DNA of 64,000 bases from an uncultured Pseudomonadota bacterium (GCA_963836235.1 CAWIIP010000002.1:96001-160000), one strand, 5' to 3'. Positions 34,001 to 41,152 are shown, counted from the stretch's first letter. A program made the numbers and translations. Notes: generated by a model from the letters alone, not told the origin.

Positions 34001-34641
34001 TTATAGCGAAGCACCCGGTTGTTGCCCGGGTCCGGCACGTAAAGGTTGCCCTGGGAATCCACCGCCATGTAAGAGCTGGTGTTGAATTCGAACGGGGAAT
34101 AATCGTCCTCCATGCTTCCGCAAAGGCTGGAGGAACTGGGCTGGGGGAAATTGGGATAGTCCTGGTAATTGGAATCCCCGTTGCAGGTGCAGTGGCTGAA
34201 ATCCGGCTGGCCCAATACGATGTCCGCGTTATAGCCAAGCTGGCCCATGGGCGCGTTGGGCTGGAATTCGCCGACGTTCAAAAATCCCAGGACCCGGCTG
34301 TTTCCCGCGTCCCAGACGTATAACCGATTCGGCGTCTGCGAGCGGTCTACCACAGGAGCGCCAGGATTGAAAACACCTCCGCTGGACGCCTGATTGGGCC
34401 TGTAGTCTCCAAAAGCGGAATTCGGGATATTGATGGCCCCACCGCCAACCGGCCCGTCCGTTTGGCCCAAGATCACGTCCGCCCAAAGATCTCCCGAAAC
34501 GCCCCGGGGGGGGAGCACCAAGGGCAAAGCGTTCAAAAACTCCGGCAATAAAAAATATAGGGTGGCCAATAATGCCACCCCAAAGCCAAAATACTTATGA
34601 CTGTAAATACCAGTTTTCTGGTTCATATCTTGCGCAACCAC
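28069..34641 (-). CDS. Giant secreted NHL/beta-propeller protein (2190 aa) with three identical 270-aa domains and a C-terminal T9SS-CTD-like domain
   Basis: Start is GTG 34641 or ATG 34626. It has the same GDLWAD..LG N-terminal module as its neighbours and ends AAPNISR...WDLKN...LASGLYIYEI...GKMVILH. Confidence 0.85.
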   Translation of the reverse strand: MVAQDMNQKTGIYSHKYFGFGVALLATLYFLLPEFLNALPLVLPPRGVSGDLWADVILGQTDGPVGGGAINIPNSAFGDYRPNQASSGGVFNPGAPVVDRSQTPNRLYVWDAGNSRVLGFLNVGEFQPNAPMGQLGYNADIVLGQPDFSHCTCNGDSNYQDYPNFPQPSSSSLCGSMEDDYSPFEFNTSSYMAVDSQGNLYVPDPGNNRVLRYNAADIANFTNGTAVAAAFVWGQPDFTSYGSNQQPPDSTVVAYPSNSTLSFNHASGGAAIDPWGNLWVADYANNRVLRFPLITDPTNPAYNGGAPAKGADVVLGQPDFNYGYGQVPVTGTKGLTEPIAVRVDNLGNVYVSDSVGNGRIVIFEPTSVSAGIPLYTSGQAAERVITNIDGSPLGLEFDNNGNLWAAYTQNASIEMNQVVEFQFQYTHYPKPYPPIVTAPKVLLQGKVWTTASGTPNDHNPFPPSGSGVSPYFYYPYPPPTGSSQNAWQITGPRGVAFDSNGYAYVGGTSTYMDVWRFPPPGTPTIGVAESADVDIFKQTQTGMVNTVGPANFNQGKGVAVAENVSPAQLVISDHDRIMYWNMSGGPGDLSLANGKAPDGYAGVNATDAENTGVTVFGRVHVDQANPQKLWAVAENLGDHYMQVYNLPLTSYATPAFILNENIPVLKPSGPLQTLSLDNVTDMVPVTATNGAVSWLWVADPATNRVFRVRDPLGPAPKVDFILGQANSTTTGCNGGGAFGSGAYDGCSRPPTYKVLSNPGSLAMDHHGNLYISDFWEESNGNTRLLQYQASALVNNSNTCLFNTSITAAEVHTYEMQGSTTALKTFVPPGAPNISGVWEPAFTSDDGYMVVSNRGGSPFPVVIPNPLSQFDPTTASPWTTLSDYVSATELSGVFDNENNFYTTNQNRSYALVYQAPLPLSSTPLPTPTAIPTVVSTPSCYTGLPLSFQGLDAPNGDAADSNYLYVADGGNKELKVFAQTGGTALATVTGYNGTLFASPTDIALDSFGDVYVADYLREAVYEFGPYYPSTSPLASSSLKPLAVFSTTGTEPRGLWVETNGSMTSVYVSVQTATGGYIYLFTGTASTGDFSTTPVKFAHTTGNHVPTGVQKSGCSIYVAYGTEIIPYDATAPYTAGTPIPMVSVERIRTDAWGNFYTTGVNGLYVFGQAFNLPELYIPLPGGPNGVAVNSSDEIFVTLNSAGPSQPSFSGVTVIRGCQTPGPTPTFPCVTPVPTLPNTLTPTPSPTITPTPTWTPTPNCCQGVNESFTGLVMQTEGLAVAGDMVYVTDGLNQNKLLEVFPLTGGAPVESLATGPTGSMVDAEAVAVDGSGNIYVGDSTNGEVEEFSPSYGLIQVIGGGALGPVRGLAVTTQGATTSLFIATNQNIYQYNSVSGGTFSLVATYTDNAGSLPTGIVVVGGVLYVANNGNGEIVSFNTAGGSSSSPTVLVTGIPSVSGLVADGAGNFYVTNPTTLERFTSSWVLAQTCTGLGNVWEVGVDSKGKDYMSLGGGGVTVLQSCVIEPSPTPTPNCCQGVNESFTGLVMQTEGLAVAGDMVYVTDGLNQNKLLEVFPLTGGAPVESLATGPTGSMVDAEAVAVDGSGNIYVGDSTNGEVEEFSPSYGLIQVIGGGALGPVRGLAVTTQGATTSLFIATNQNIYQYNSVSGGTFSLVATYTDNAGSLPTGIVVVGGVLYVANNGNGEIVSFNTAGGSSSSPTVLVTGIPSVSGLVADGAGNFYVTNPTTLERFTSSWVLAQTCTGLGNVWEVGVDSKGKDYMSLGGGGVTVLQSCVIEPSPTPTPNCCQGVNESFTGLVMQTEGLAVAGDMVYVTDGLNQNKLLEVFPLTGGAPVESLATGPTGSMVDAEAVAVDGSGNIYVGDSTNGEVEEFSPSYGLIQVIGGGALGPVRGLAVTTQGATTSLFIATNQNIYQYNSVSGGTFSLVATYTDNAGSLPTGIVVVGGVLYVANNGNGEIVSFNTAGGSSSSPTVLVTGIPSVSGLVADGAGNFYVTNPTTLERFTSSWVLAQTCTGLGNVWEVGVDSKGKDYMSLGGGGVTVLQSCVIEPNTITGNFKSLAKLIGNQTPTPAFTPSPTITPSPTPNASSFAIAAPNISRNGEPIKFLVNLNQSVKVNVTVFTVTGENVYETSFEGNGGWNSLSWDLKNQSGNQLASGLYIYEIEASDGISNLTQRGKMVILH
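28467..30888. repeat. Three apparently identical 810-bp in-frame tandem repeats
   Basis: The sequence at 28471, 29281 and 30091 is the same, and the alternative-frame ORF translations recur unchanged at 810-bp offsets. Confidence 0.95.
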
Positions 34642-34691
34642 TTTTTAAAGAATTCCAAACTTTAAAAATACTCCGATATCTGACGTATAAG

Positions 34692-34722
34692 AGTGACGGA
34701 AACGATCTCGTTTATTCCAAAA
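34692..34722 (-). promoter_or_regulatory. Putative ECF-sigma promoter upstream of the giant cargo genes
   Basis: Minus strand reads TTTTGGAATAAA-N10-TCCGTCACT, the same pattern and spacing as 36326-36356. Confidence 0.55.
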
Positions 34723-34820
34723 TTAAAAAATATTTTTGTTTAGAAAGGTTTGATTCATAGACAGTTTATGGGCGAAAAACAAATAGCGACTTGCCATTAA
34801 CAGGATTGACGTCAAAGAAT

Positions 34821-35702
34821 TTAGTGAATCTCAACATTTTTACGTTCAACAAAAAATCCAGCTCTGACCTCAATTTGATAAAAGCCGACTCCCGCTTTTA
34901 GCCCATTAGACACATGGCCATCCCATTCAAAGACCCAATGACCTGGCCCTAAGGTGCCGTTATACAAGGGTTGTATCTGAATTCCCTTTGAATCCAAGAC
35001 ATTTACAGTTAGAGCCGTTGGAGTACTTAAATGGACAACGGCCGAAACACTCGAGTAATCGTTTTTAGAGGTTTGATCCAAATTTATTGGTTGAGAAGGA
35101 ATCCGGACCTTGGTTAGAGATTCAGACTGACCTTCATAAGAGGGTGAAATCGATGCCTTCATTTGCTTTGTTTCGGATCCCGGTTGAATCCTATGAGCGG
35201 GCATGTCGTTATGCGGGGATGAAGTATCTTGATCCATACTCTTGGATTCTATTTCGATGGACTTCTGTTCGGTCTGTTTTGAACGTATTTCAACGTTAGA
35301 TTTTGAGGTGTTTAGAGATTCGGATTGGCTTCTTTGGTTTGACTTTAATCCCTCCCCATTCAAGACTGGAACTGTCCTCGGTTGGACTGCGTTAACCGGA
35401 ATACCCCAACTGCCGACTATAACCTTCAATTCCCCGCCCCATTTATTCCAACCTAAATAAGTCGCGCTCAGTCCTAAGATGAATAAACCAGCACCAATCC
35501 ATGGTTTAATCCCGCTTCCGGGATTTGAGGAAGGTCCATCTGGTTCTTGCGGTTCGGGGTACCCATAACGGGTATAGGCCGCCTGAGCTAGCCCAGCGAA
35601 TTTCTCCGTCAATTCTTCCGAAGCCCATAGGGCATCGCTCAGAAGCTGTTCCTCGGCTTCCGTCAAACCTTCCATAAAAAATTTTTCCACCAGGTCAGGC
35701 AC
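34821..35702 (-). CDS. Putative membrane anti-sigma factor with a C-terminal FlgD-Ig/T9SS-CTD-like domain
   Basis: Overlaps the sigma gene end by 8 bp. It has an acidic helical N-terminus, one TM helix (WIGAGLFILGLSATYLGW) and a polar linker, then VNVLDSKG...FEWDG...GVGFYQIEV...KNVEIH. Confidence 0.7.
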   Translation of the reverse strand: MPDLVEKFFMEGLTEAEEQLLSDALWASEELTEKFAGLAQAAYTRYGYPEPQEPDGPSSNPGSGIKPWIGAGLFILGLSATYLGWNKWGGELKVIVGSWGIPVNAVQPRTVPVLNGEGLKSNQRSQSESLNTSKSNVEIRSKQTEQKSIEIESKSMDQDTSSPHNDMPAHRIQPGSETKQMKASISPSYEGQSESLTKVRIPSQPINLDQTSKNDYSSVSAVVHLSTPTALTVNVLDSKGIQIQPLYNGTLGPGHWVFEWDGHVSNGLKAGVGFYQIEVRAGFFVERKNVEIH

Positions 35703-36267
35703 GAGTTCCCTCCCGGAGGATATTTAGCACCAATTGTTTCAAGGCTTCCTTACAACGGGTCAACCGGGACATGACGGTACCTATGGGAATTTTCAAATTT
35801 TCGGCGATGACGGCGTAGCTTAGGTTGTCCTCGTCCCATAATTTCAAAAGCTCCCGACAGGGATTTCCCATCATATCTCTTTGAGACCTCACCAGCTGGA
35901 TCATCCTTTTCTTCTCATCTTCTACTTCCACCTGCCTTTCCTGTTGGACCAAAGCCGGGGCCGAAAGACTTTCCAATTCACTTTCCAGTTGGACTACTTG
36001 GCGTTTGCGCTTTCGAATACGCTCATAGCAAAGGAAAACGCAGATGCGGTAAAGCCACCGGTTCAGGCTGGAACGAAACTCGAATTCTGGAAGTTTGCGA
36101 AGGGCCACCATAAAGGCTTCCTGGGCCACATCCTCGGCCTCCGGATCCTGGTAACCCAATATGTAAACGCAAGTTTTGTAGAGTTTAGTCCGATAAGTAT
36201 GAAAAAAATATTTTTCCGCTTCCTCATCTTTTGCGAGAAGCTTTTGTACCAATTCACGATCTTCCAA
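35695..36267 (-). CDS. ECF-type RNA polymerase sigma-70 factor
   Basis: Region 2 motif AEDVAQEAF...WLYRI and region 4 motif LSYAVIAENLKIPIGTVMSRLTR. Start placed at TTG 36267, 6 nt after AGGAG; the ORF track uses 36318. Confidence 0.92.
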   Translation of the reverse strand: MEDRELVQKLLAKDEEAEKYFFHTYRTKLYKTCVYILGYQDPEAEDVAQEAFMVALRKLPEFEFRSSLNRWLYRICVFLCYERIRKRKRQVVQLESELESLSAPALVQQERQVEVEDEKKRMIQLVRSQRDMMGNPCRELLKLWDEDNLSYAVIAENLKIPIGTVMSRLTRCKEALKQLVLNILREGTRA

Positions 36268-36325
36268 TGACTTCTCCTGATAAGAATAAAAAGCGGTTAA
36301 ATAATAAATGGCGTCCATAACAATA

Positions 36326-36356
36326 AGTGGTGGATCAAGATGGTTTTATTCCAAAA
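36326..36356 (-). promoter_or_regulatory. Putative autoregulatory ECF promoter
   Basis: Minus strand reads TTTTGGAATAAA-N10-TCCACCACT, about 60 nt upstream of the proposed sigma start. Confidence 0.55.
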
Positions 36357-36397
36357 TGCCCAATAAAACCCTTTTGTCATGTCATTAGGCCCAAATT

Positions 36398-37858
36398 TTA
36401 GGGGGAAGCACGGTATTTATTCAACCATACTTTGAGGGCCTGGTCGTCCGGCCTTAAATCAAGCACCTTTTGAAAACATTGGATGGCGTCGGTTTTTCGA
36501 TTCGCTTGATAATAAATCTTACCCATCTTCCACCAAGCCTGTAGGTTTTGTGGATCTTGTTGGACAGCTTTTTGATATAGCACCAAGGCCTCCACGAGAT
36601 GACCCTGTGTAGCCATTTGATCCCCTTGGGATGTGAAGTCGGCAGGAATATCAAAATGAAGTGCAAGGCTATTTCCGGCTTCCCTATCCTTTTCAGTTTG
36701 GGGAGCAGCTACGGTGGAAGGTGTAGAGGGAACAGTAATTACAGTGGATGTAGGTAAAGAAGACCCGTTCCCTCCCGCTTGAGTGGGTGACAGAGGGACC
36801 GACATCCCGGTTAAAGACGCGGATGTACCAGGGGTCCTTTTTGACTGCGAGTTCGATAAAGATTGGGCGTTGGAAGGCGCCAGAACGGACCTTGAATTTT
36901 TAGGTCTTTGCCCCAAAAAATAAGAGAGGCTGAATCGGTTCGAATCGGAAAGATTCCCGGAAGGGGTGTAAGCATAATCCAGCCCAAAATCAGATAAAAT
37001 TATGCCCGCCCCAATAGAAATGTTAGAAAATCCCTCATAACCGTTGTCATTGAACGGGATTTGATAACCCGCCCTTAAAAAATACATGTGCCGATAGGAA
37101 GCTTCGATTCCGGCCTGTAGGTAATCCAAAGAATTAGACTGGAGAGCGTTGCCGAGGGCCGTCAAAATCTTTGTGGAAGAATCCAAAGAAAAATCCCAAG
37201 AGGCGCCTGTTTTCAGAACCGAAACGAGAGGGCTTCCAAAAGAGCCCCAACCGGGGGCAAGGTAATCCAGGCCGATCTTCCATCCCTTCCAAGGGTTCAA
37301 GAGCACTCCCACATCCGCGGTAAGAAAAGAATAAGAACTACCCACAATTTCTTGCTGCGAATAATGGAGAGCCGTCCCTGCGGCAAATCCCTTGAGAAGG
37401 GTTATCCCCCATCCGGCCTGAAAACCAAAACGACCAGCGCTGTAACTGGGAGTCAGGGAACCGGAGGTGTCACGCCCCTCAAAAGTTCCGTAATCAAGAT
37501 AGCTACCCGCTAGGCCTATCCCCCCAAAACTACCCGCCGGTATTGCGAGAACACCCGTTTCTTGGGCCGCATCCACCAGCCCAAAATAACTATCGAAAGC
37601 CACTTGCGCCCTAATCAAGGAGGCCAATCCAGCGGGGTTGTTGAAAAGAGCCGAGGTGTCGTCGGCCACCCCAACAAAAGCTGGTCCCAGGATCACCGAA
37701 CGGGCGGAGTAACCCAGATCTTGGATGGAGTTTGATTGGCTGGCGGCATCGTACAAGGTCTGAGAAGTTTGAGAGCTGGCTTGGCCCGAGAGAAAAAAAA
37801 ATAAAGCAATAACTCCTATAGCGGTCTTGTGAACGGAATTGCCTTTTATTAAATTCAT
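36398..37858 (-). CDS. PorV/PorQ-family outer-membrane barrel with a Ser/Thr/Pro linker and C-terminal TPRs
   Basis: SARSVILGPAFVGVADDTSALFNNPAGLA matches the PorV/FadL-like N-terminal signature. Beta-strands end LDYAY...RFSLSY. TPRs include EALVLYQKAVQQDP...AIQCFQKVLDLRP. Start ATG 37858 follows GAGG. Confidence 0.8.
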   Translation of the reverse strand: MNLIKGNSVHKTAIGVIALFFFLSGQASSQTSQTLYDAASQSNSIQDLGYSARSVILGPAFVGVADDTSALFNNPAGLASLIRAQVAFDSYFGLVDAAQETGVLAIPAGSFGGIGLAGSYLDYGTFEGRDTSGSLTPSYSAGRFGFQAGWGITLLKGFAAGTALHYSQQEIVGSSYSFLTADVGVLLNPWKGWKIGLDYLAPGWGSFGSPLVSVLKTGASWDFSLDSSTKILTALGNALQSNSLDYLQAGIEASYRHMYFLRAGYQIPFNDNGYEGFSNISIGAGIILSDFGLDYAYTPSGNLSDSNRFSLSYFLGQRPKNSRSVLAPSNAQSLSNSQSKRTPGTSASLTGMSVPLSPTQAGGNGSSLPTSTVITVPSTPSTVAAPQTEKDREAGNSLALHFDIPADFTSQGDQMATQGHLVEALVLYQKAVQQDPQNLQAWWKMGKIYYQANRKTDAIQCFQKVLDLRPDDQALKVWLNKYRASP

Positions 37859-37865
37859 GATGGCC

Positions 37866-39299
37866 TCAACGAACCACAGCGAATTTCTGGGTCTTGAGCC
37901 TTTCCGTGTTTCCTGAATCATAGTTTAAGGTGACCACATAATAGTAAATTCCGGGTGGCAACCGCGTCATGTCAAAAGAAGTGGTTTGGATGCCCATCGC
38001 TTTCCGGTCCGTGATATCCATGACTAATTCACCATTTTCATTGAGTATCTTCAGATCCATTTGGCCACTACCAACCATGTAATAAGCGAGGGTTGCCTGA
38101 TTGCCTCTGACAGGAGAAGGGTAAATGAAACACTGTCCTTCCAGGGGTGGATTAGAACCGAAATTAAACGGAAGCGGGGTTGGGCTCTGTGTCGCGGTTG
38201 GGCTTGATGTCGCGGTCGGAATGGATGTCGAGGTTGGGCTGGGTGTCGAGGTTGCAATGGATGTCGGGGTTGGGCTGGGAGTTGGAACCACGCACCCCAG
38301 CTTCACCAAACCACCATTATCTTGCGTAGACCCTACATAAACTGAGCCCGAACTATCTAAGGCGACTGCTTGAGCGTCATAATCTGACGGCAAGGAACTG
38401 CAGTTGGCTAATACTGCCAAGAAATTGGGGTCAAAAGCCCAATAACCTCCCGAACCCACTAAATAAATTTCGCCAGATCCGTTCTTCGCCATTTGGTGGG
38501 GATAAATGAATCCTCCCGTTGTAACGGTTGAAACATACCCGTAAGTCAGACTTCCAGCCGAAGCCTGGACAAACTTCAAAAGACGGCTATTCAAGGGGTC
38601 AGAGTAATAAAGCGTTGAAGGTGCCCCTCCAGTTCCCTCCTGCAACAAAAGCCCCCAATTGGGTCCTCGGGCGGGCGTGGGCGCATCCGGTGAAAAAATT
38701 AACTTTGCGGTTACTGGACCCGCTTGCGTTACCTTATAGGCGTTGCCAGAGCCGCCACCGACATAAATATCCTCACCCACGCTTTGGTCATCCGCATAAA
38801 CAGTGTCAAGCGTATCGGATGGGAAGCTGAAAGTGGCCGCCCTCGCCCCACCAGGCAGGGCAACCTTAAATACCGCATGATTACTATTATCCGCCACATA
38901 AAGGAATCCATCCTGGCCGCAGGTCATCATATTGACACCTCCATAACTGCCAGGCAAAGTCCCAATAGTAACTCCGTCAGTCGGGTTGACCGACTGAATC
39001 ACCGAAACTCCTCCGACATAAAGAGTTCCAGGCCCGGCGGGATCATAGGCCAACCCATTTGTATCAGTGCTAAAGGTTGTGTTTCCTTCGGGATAGGACC
39101 ATAAAGTGTTACAACAAAAGGTTGCAATAGGGGTTGGGGTTTGAGCCATGGCCTTTTCACACCAAACGATTCCCATAAAAACCGAAACAAGACCTATGAA
39201 AATAAATTTATTTTTTTTAAATAAATAATACTTTGGGCATTCAAAGAAGAGGAGGGCTTTGGTGGAGGCGAAAACTGTTCCAAAATAGTCTAATAACAT
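37866..39299 (-). CDS. Secreted single beta-propeller protein with a Thr/Pro linker and T9SS-CTD-like domain (start uncertain)
   Basis: The CC...[14 protein letters not shown] module is shared with the giant proteins. It ends IYPSPV...LPPGIYYYVV...KFAVVR. Confidence 0.8.
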   Translation of the reverse strand: MLLDYFGTVFASTKALLFFECPKYYLFKKNKFIFIGLVSVFMGIVWCEKAMAQTPTPIATFCCNTLWSYPEGNTTFSTDTNGLAYDPAGPGTLYVGGVSVIQSVNPTDGVTIGTLPGSYGGVNMMTCGQDGFLYVADNSNHAVFKVALPGGARAATFSFPSDTLDTVYADDQSVGEDIYVGGGSGNAYKVTQAGPVTAKLIFSPDAPTPARGPNWGLLLQEGTGGAPSTLYYSDPLNSRLLKFVQASAGSLTYGYVSTVTTGGFIYPHQMAKNGSGEIYLVGSGGYWAFDPNFLAVLANCSSLPSDYDAQAVALDSSGSVYVGSTQDNGGLVKLGCVVPTPSPTPTSIATSTPSPTSTSIPTATSSPTATQSPTPLPFNFGSNPPLEGQCFIYPSPVRGNQATLAYYMVGSGQMDLKILNENGELVMDITDRKAMGIQTTSFDMTRLPPGIYYYVVTLNYDSGNTERLKTQKFAVVR

Positions 39300-39677
39300 A
39301 CAAAACCACCAGCTTGCGTAAGATTAAAAGCTTTGTAGAAAATTTCCCGCAAGATCAAGTCGTCCTTTGAGGAATCAACCAGAGCGAACCTCTAAATATG
39401 AAAAATAATAGCATAGTAGTCGTTCTCGAGGTTTAAAAGCTTAGGAGAAAGTGGCGCGTATAATAAACAGCCTAATTTTTAACAACACGTTTTCGAAATT
39501 CATCCAAAAGCCCTAAAGTTATCGTCGCATAACACTACAAGTAAAACGTTGCAAATGCTCTTAGAACCTGACGATAAAAGAATATTTGAAAAAAATTTCC
39601 CGCTAGATGAGTAACGCGGTAAACGACGAAATGAGTCGGACCTCTTCAGAAAAATAAAAAGACTATTAATCTAAAAA

Positions 39678-39764
39678 TGGTGCCCGAGGTCGGACTTGAA
39701 CCGACATGACCGTGAGGTCGATAGATTTTGAGTCTATTGCGTCTGCCAATTTCGCCACTCGGGC
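39678..39764 (-). tRNA. tRNA-Leu (anticodon CAA)
   Basis: GCCCGAG acceptor stem, D-arm TGGCGAAATTGGCAGACGC, anticodon arm ATAGA-CTCAAAA-TCTAT, long variable arm, GGTTCAAGTCC T-loop and encoded CCA. Confidence 0.97.
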
Positions 39765-39824
39765 AAGGAGGGACAAGCAGGGACGGCATTCTAATAAAAA
39801 AAGTTTGGAATGAGAAGATAGAAA

Positions 39825-40790
39825 TTAGACGCGTGAACCTGCCGATTCCCAAAATTGGCTCAGATCGTCGGGGAGAGGGTCCTCAAAAACCATTTTGTCG
39901 CAGGTTTTTAAGTGGGTGAATTCCAGCCGAAAAGCGTGAAGCGCTTGTCGGGGCAAAAGCACTCGATTCTTCACCCAATCATCCCAGCCATTCTCATGGA
40001 AATAGGGAAACACTTCATCGTTACCTGAATAAATCTTATCTCCGACAATGGGATAGCCTAGGTGTTCCAAATGAACCCTGATCTGATGGGTTCTTCCGGT
40101 TAAAAGTCTCGCTTCCACCATTGAAAATTTTCCGCGCTTTTCTAAAAGTTTGAATTCAGTGACAGCGGGATGACCCCCATCTCCATTCACTGCCAATTTC
40201 ATTCGAATGGAGCTTCCTACTTTGGAACCGATGGAAGCTTCCAACCGAATGGGAGATTCGTCAAACATTCCAAACACAATGGCTTTGTAAGATTTCTTCA
40301 CCCTCTCGTCCCACTCTTTCTGGTAAAGAGCGACCAAGCCCTTGTCCTTTGCGAGAAGTAAAAGCCCACTGGTTTCGGAGTCCAAACGGTGGACCAAATG
40401 ATAATTTTGGGCTTCAGGCCGGTCCCGACGCAGGAGATGCATGAGGGTATTCTGGAAATAAGCACCGATGGCGTGAACTGGCAGAGGAGCCGGTTTGGAA
40501 ATAACCAACACTGTCTCGTCCTCGAACACCACCCTGTAATTGGGGTTCACTTCCGGTTCTTCCCATGACTGGGTGGTATAGGCCACTTCGTCCCCCGGCC
40601 TCAATGGCTGACCCTCCGAGGGAGTAAGTCCGTTCACCTTGACCTTCCCTTCTTGGATGCGTTCCCGCCATTCATCAGGGTTGTGGTAAGAAAAACGCTT
40701 AGACAGGAATTCCAGCAAGGTCTGGGAGCTTTTATGCTCCAGTCTCGTCACAAGGGTGATCGGTTTTTTCGTTTTAGGTTCAAGTTTCAT
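39825..40790 (-). CDS. RluA-family 23S rRNA pseudouridine synthase with an S4-like domain
   Basis: Motifs HRLDSETSG, TGRTHQIRVH, GDKIY and QALHA. Start moved to ATG 40790. Confidence 0.93.
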   Translation of the reverse strand: MKLEPKTKKPITLVTRLEHKSSQTLLEFLSKRFSYHNPDEWRERIQEGKVKVNGLTPSEGQPLRPGDEVAYTTQSWEEPEVNPNYRVVFEDETVLVISKPAPLPVHAIGAYFQNTLMHLLRRDRPEAQNYHLVHRLDSETSGLLLLAKDKGLVALYQKEWDERVKKSYKAIVFGMFDESPIRLEASIGSKVGSSIRMKLAVNGDGGHPAVTEFKLLEKRGKFSMVEARLLTGRTHQIRVHLEHLGYPIVGDKIYSGNDEVFPYFHENGWDDWVKNRVLLPRQALHAFRLEFTHLKTCDKMVFEDPLPDDLSQFWESAGSRV

Positions 40791-40888
40791 GTGGCTATTT
40801 AACCATAGAGTCAGGCGTCTGGGCCAAGACCTTGCGATATAATTCATCCATTAAGAGACACTCTATTTTCATAAGACGGGAGGGCGAT

Positions 40889-41152
40889 ATGACCGAAGGC
40901 GGATTGGAACCGTTGTTATTGGAAATTCAGACGTTGTCCCAAAAATACGCTATGGGCAAAATGGCCCGGAGGAAATTCGAGACTCAGTTAAAAAACCTGC
41001 AGGACCACCTGGATTCCGAAGTTATTATCCAGCGAATCCACCAGGAAAAGAAATCGGGCTTCTACCAAGGATTCATCGCGGCCAGTATTTGTTTGGCTCT
41101 CCTGTACTTATTCGTAAAAATGATTCCTTGGATTATGATTGCTCGTTTTTAA
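40889..41152 (+). CDS. Small hypothetical membrane protein
   Basis: GGGAGG precedes ATG 40889. A helical N-terminus is followed by a C-terminal TM segment. Confidence 0.6.
   Translation: MTEGGLEPLLLEIQTLSQKYAMGKMARRKFETQLKNLQDHLDSEVIIQRIHQEKKSGFYQGFIAASICLALLYLFVKMIPWIMIARF

Larger units (their letters stand above)
14679..39711. mobile_element. Putative ~25 kb genomic island integrated at tRNA-Leu(CAA); no integrase seen
   Basis: Direct repeat of the tRNA 3' end (T-arm and acceptor strand) at both ends, accessory gene content inside, and housekeeping genes starting right after the tRNA. Confidence 0.65.

Noticed and set aside
39300-39677. Integrase remnant beside the tRNA
   Set aside because: The region is AT-rich with no ORF or recombinase motif that I can recognise.
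39646-39919. Short ORFs overlapping tRNA-Leu
   Set aside because: They are spurious frames across the tRNA gene.
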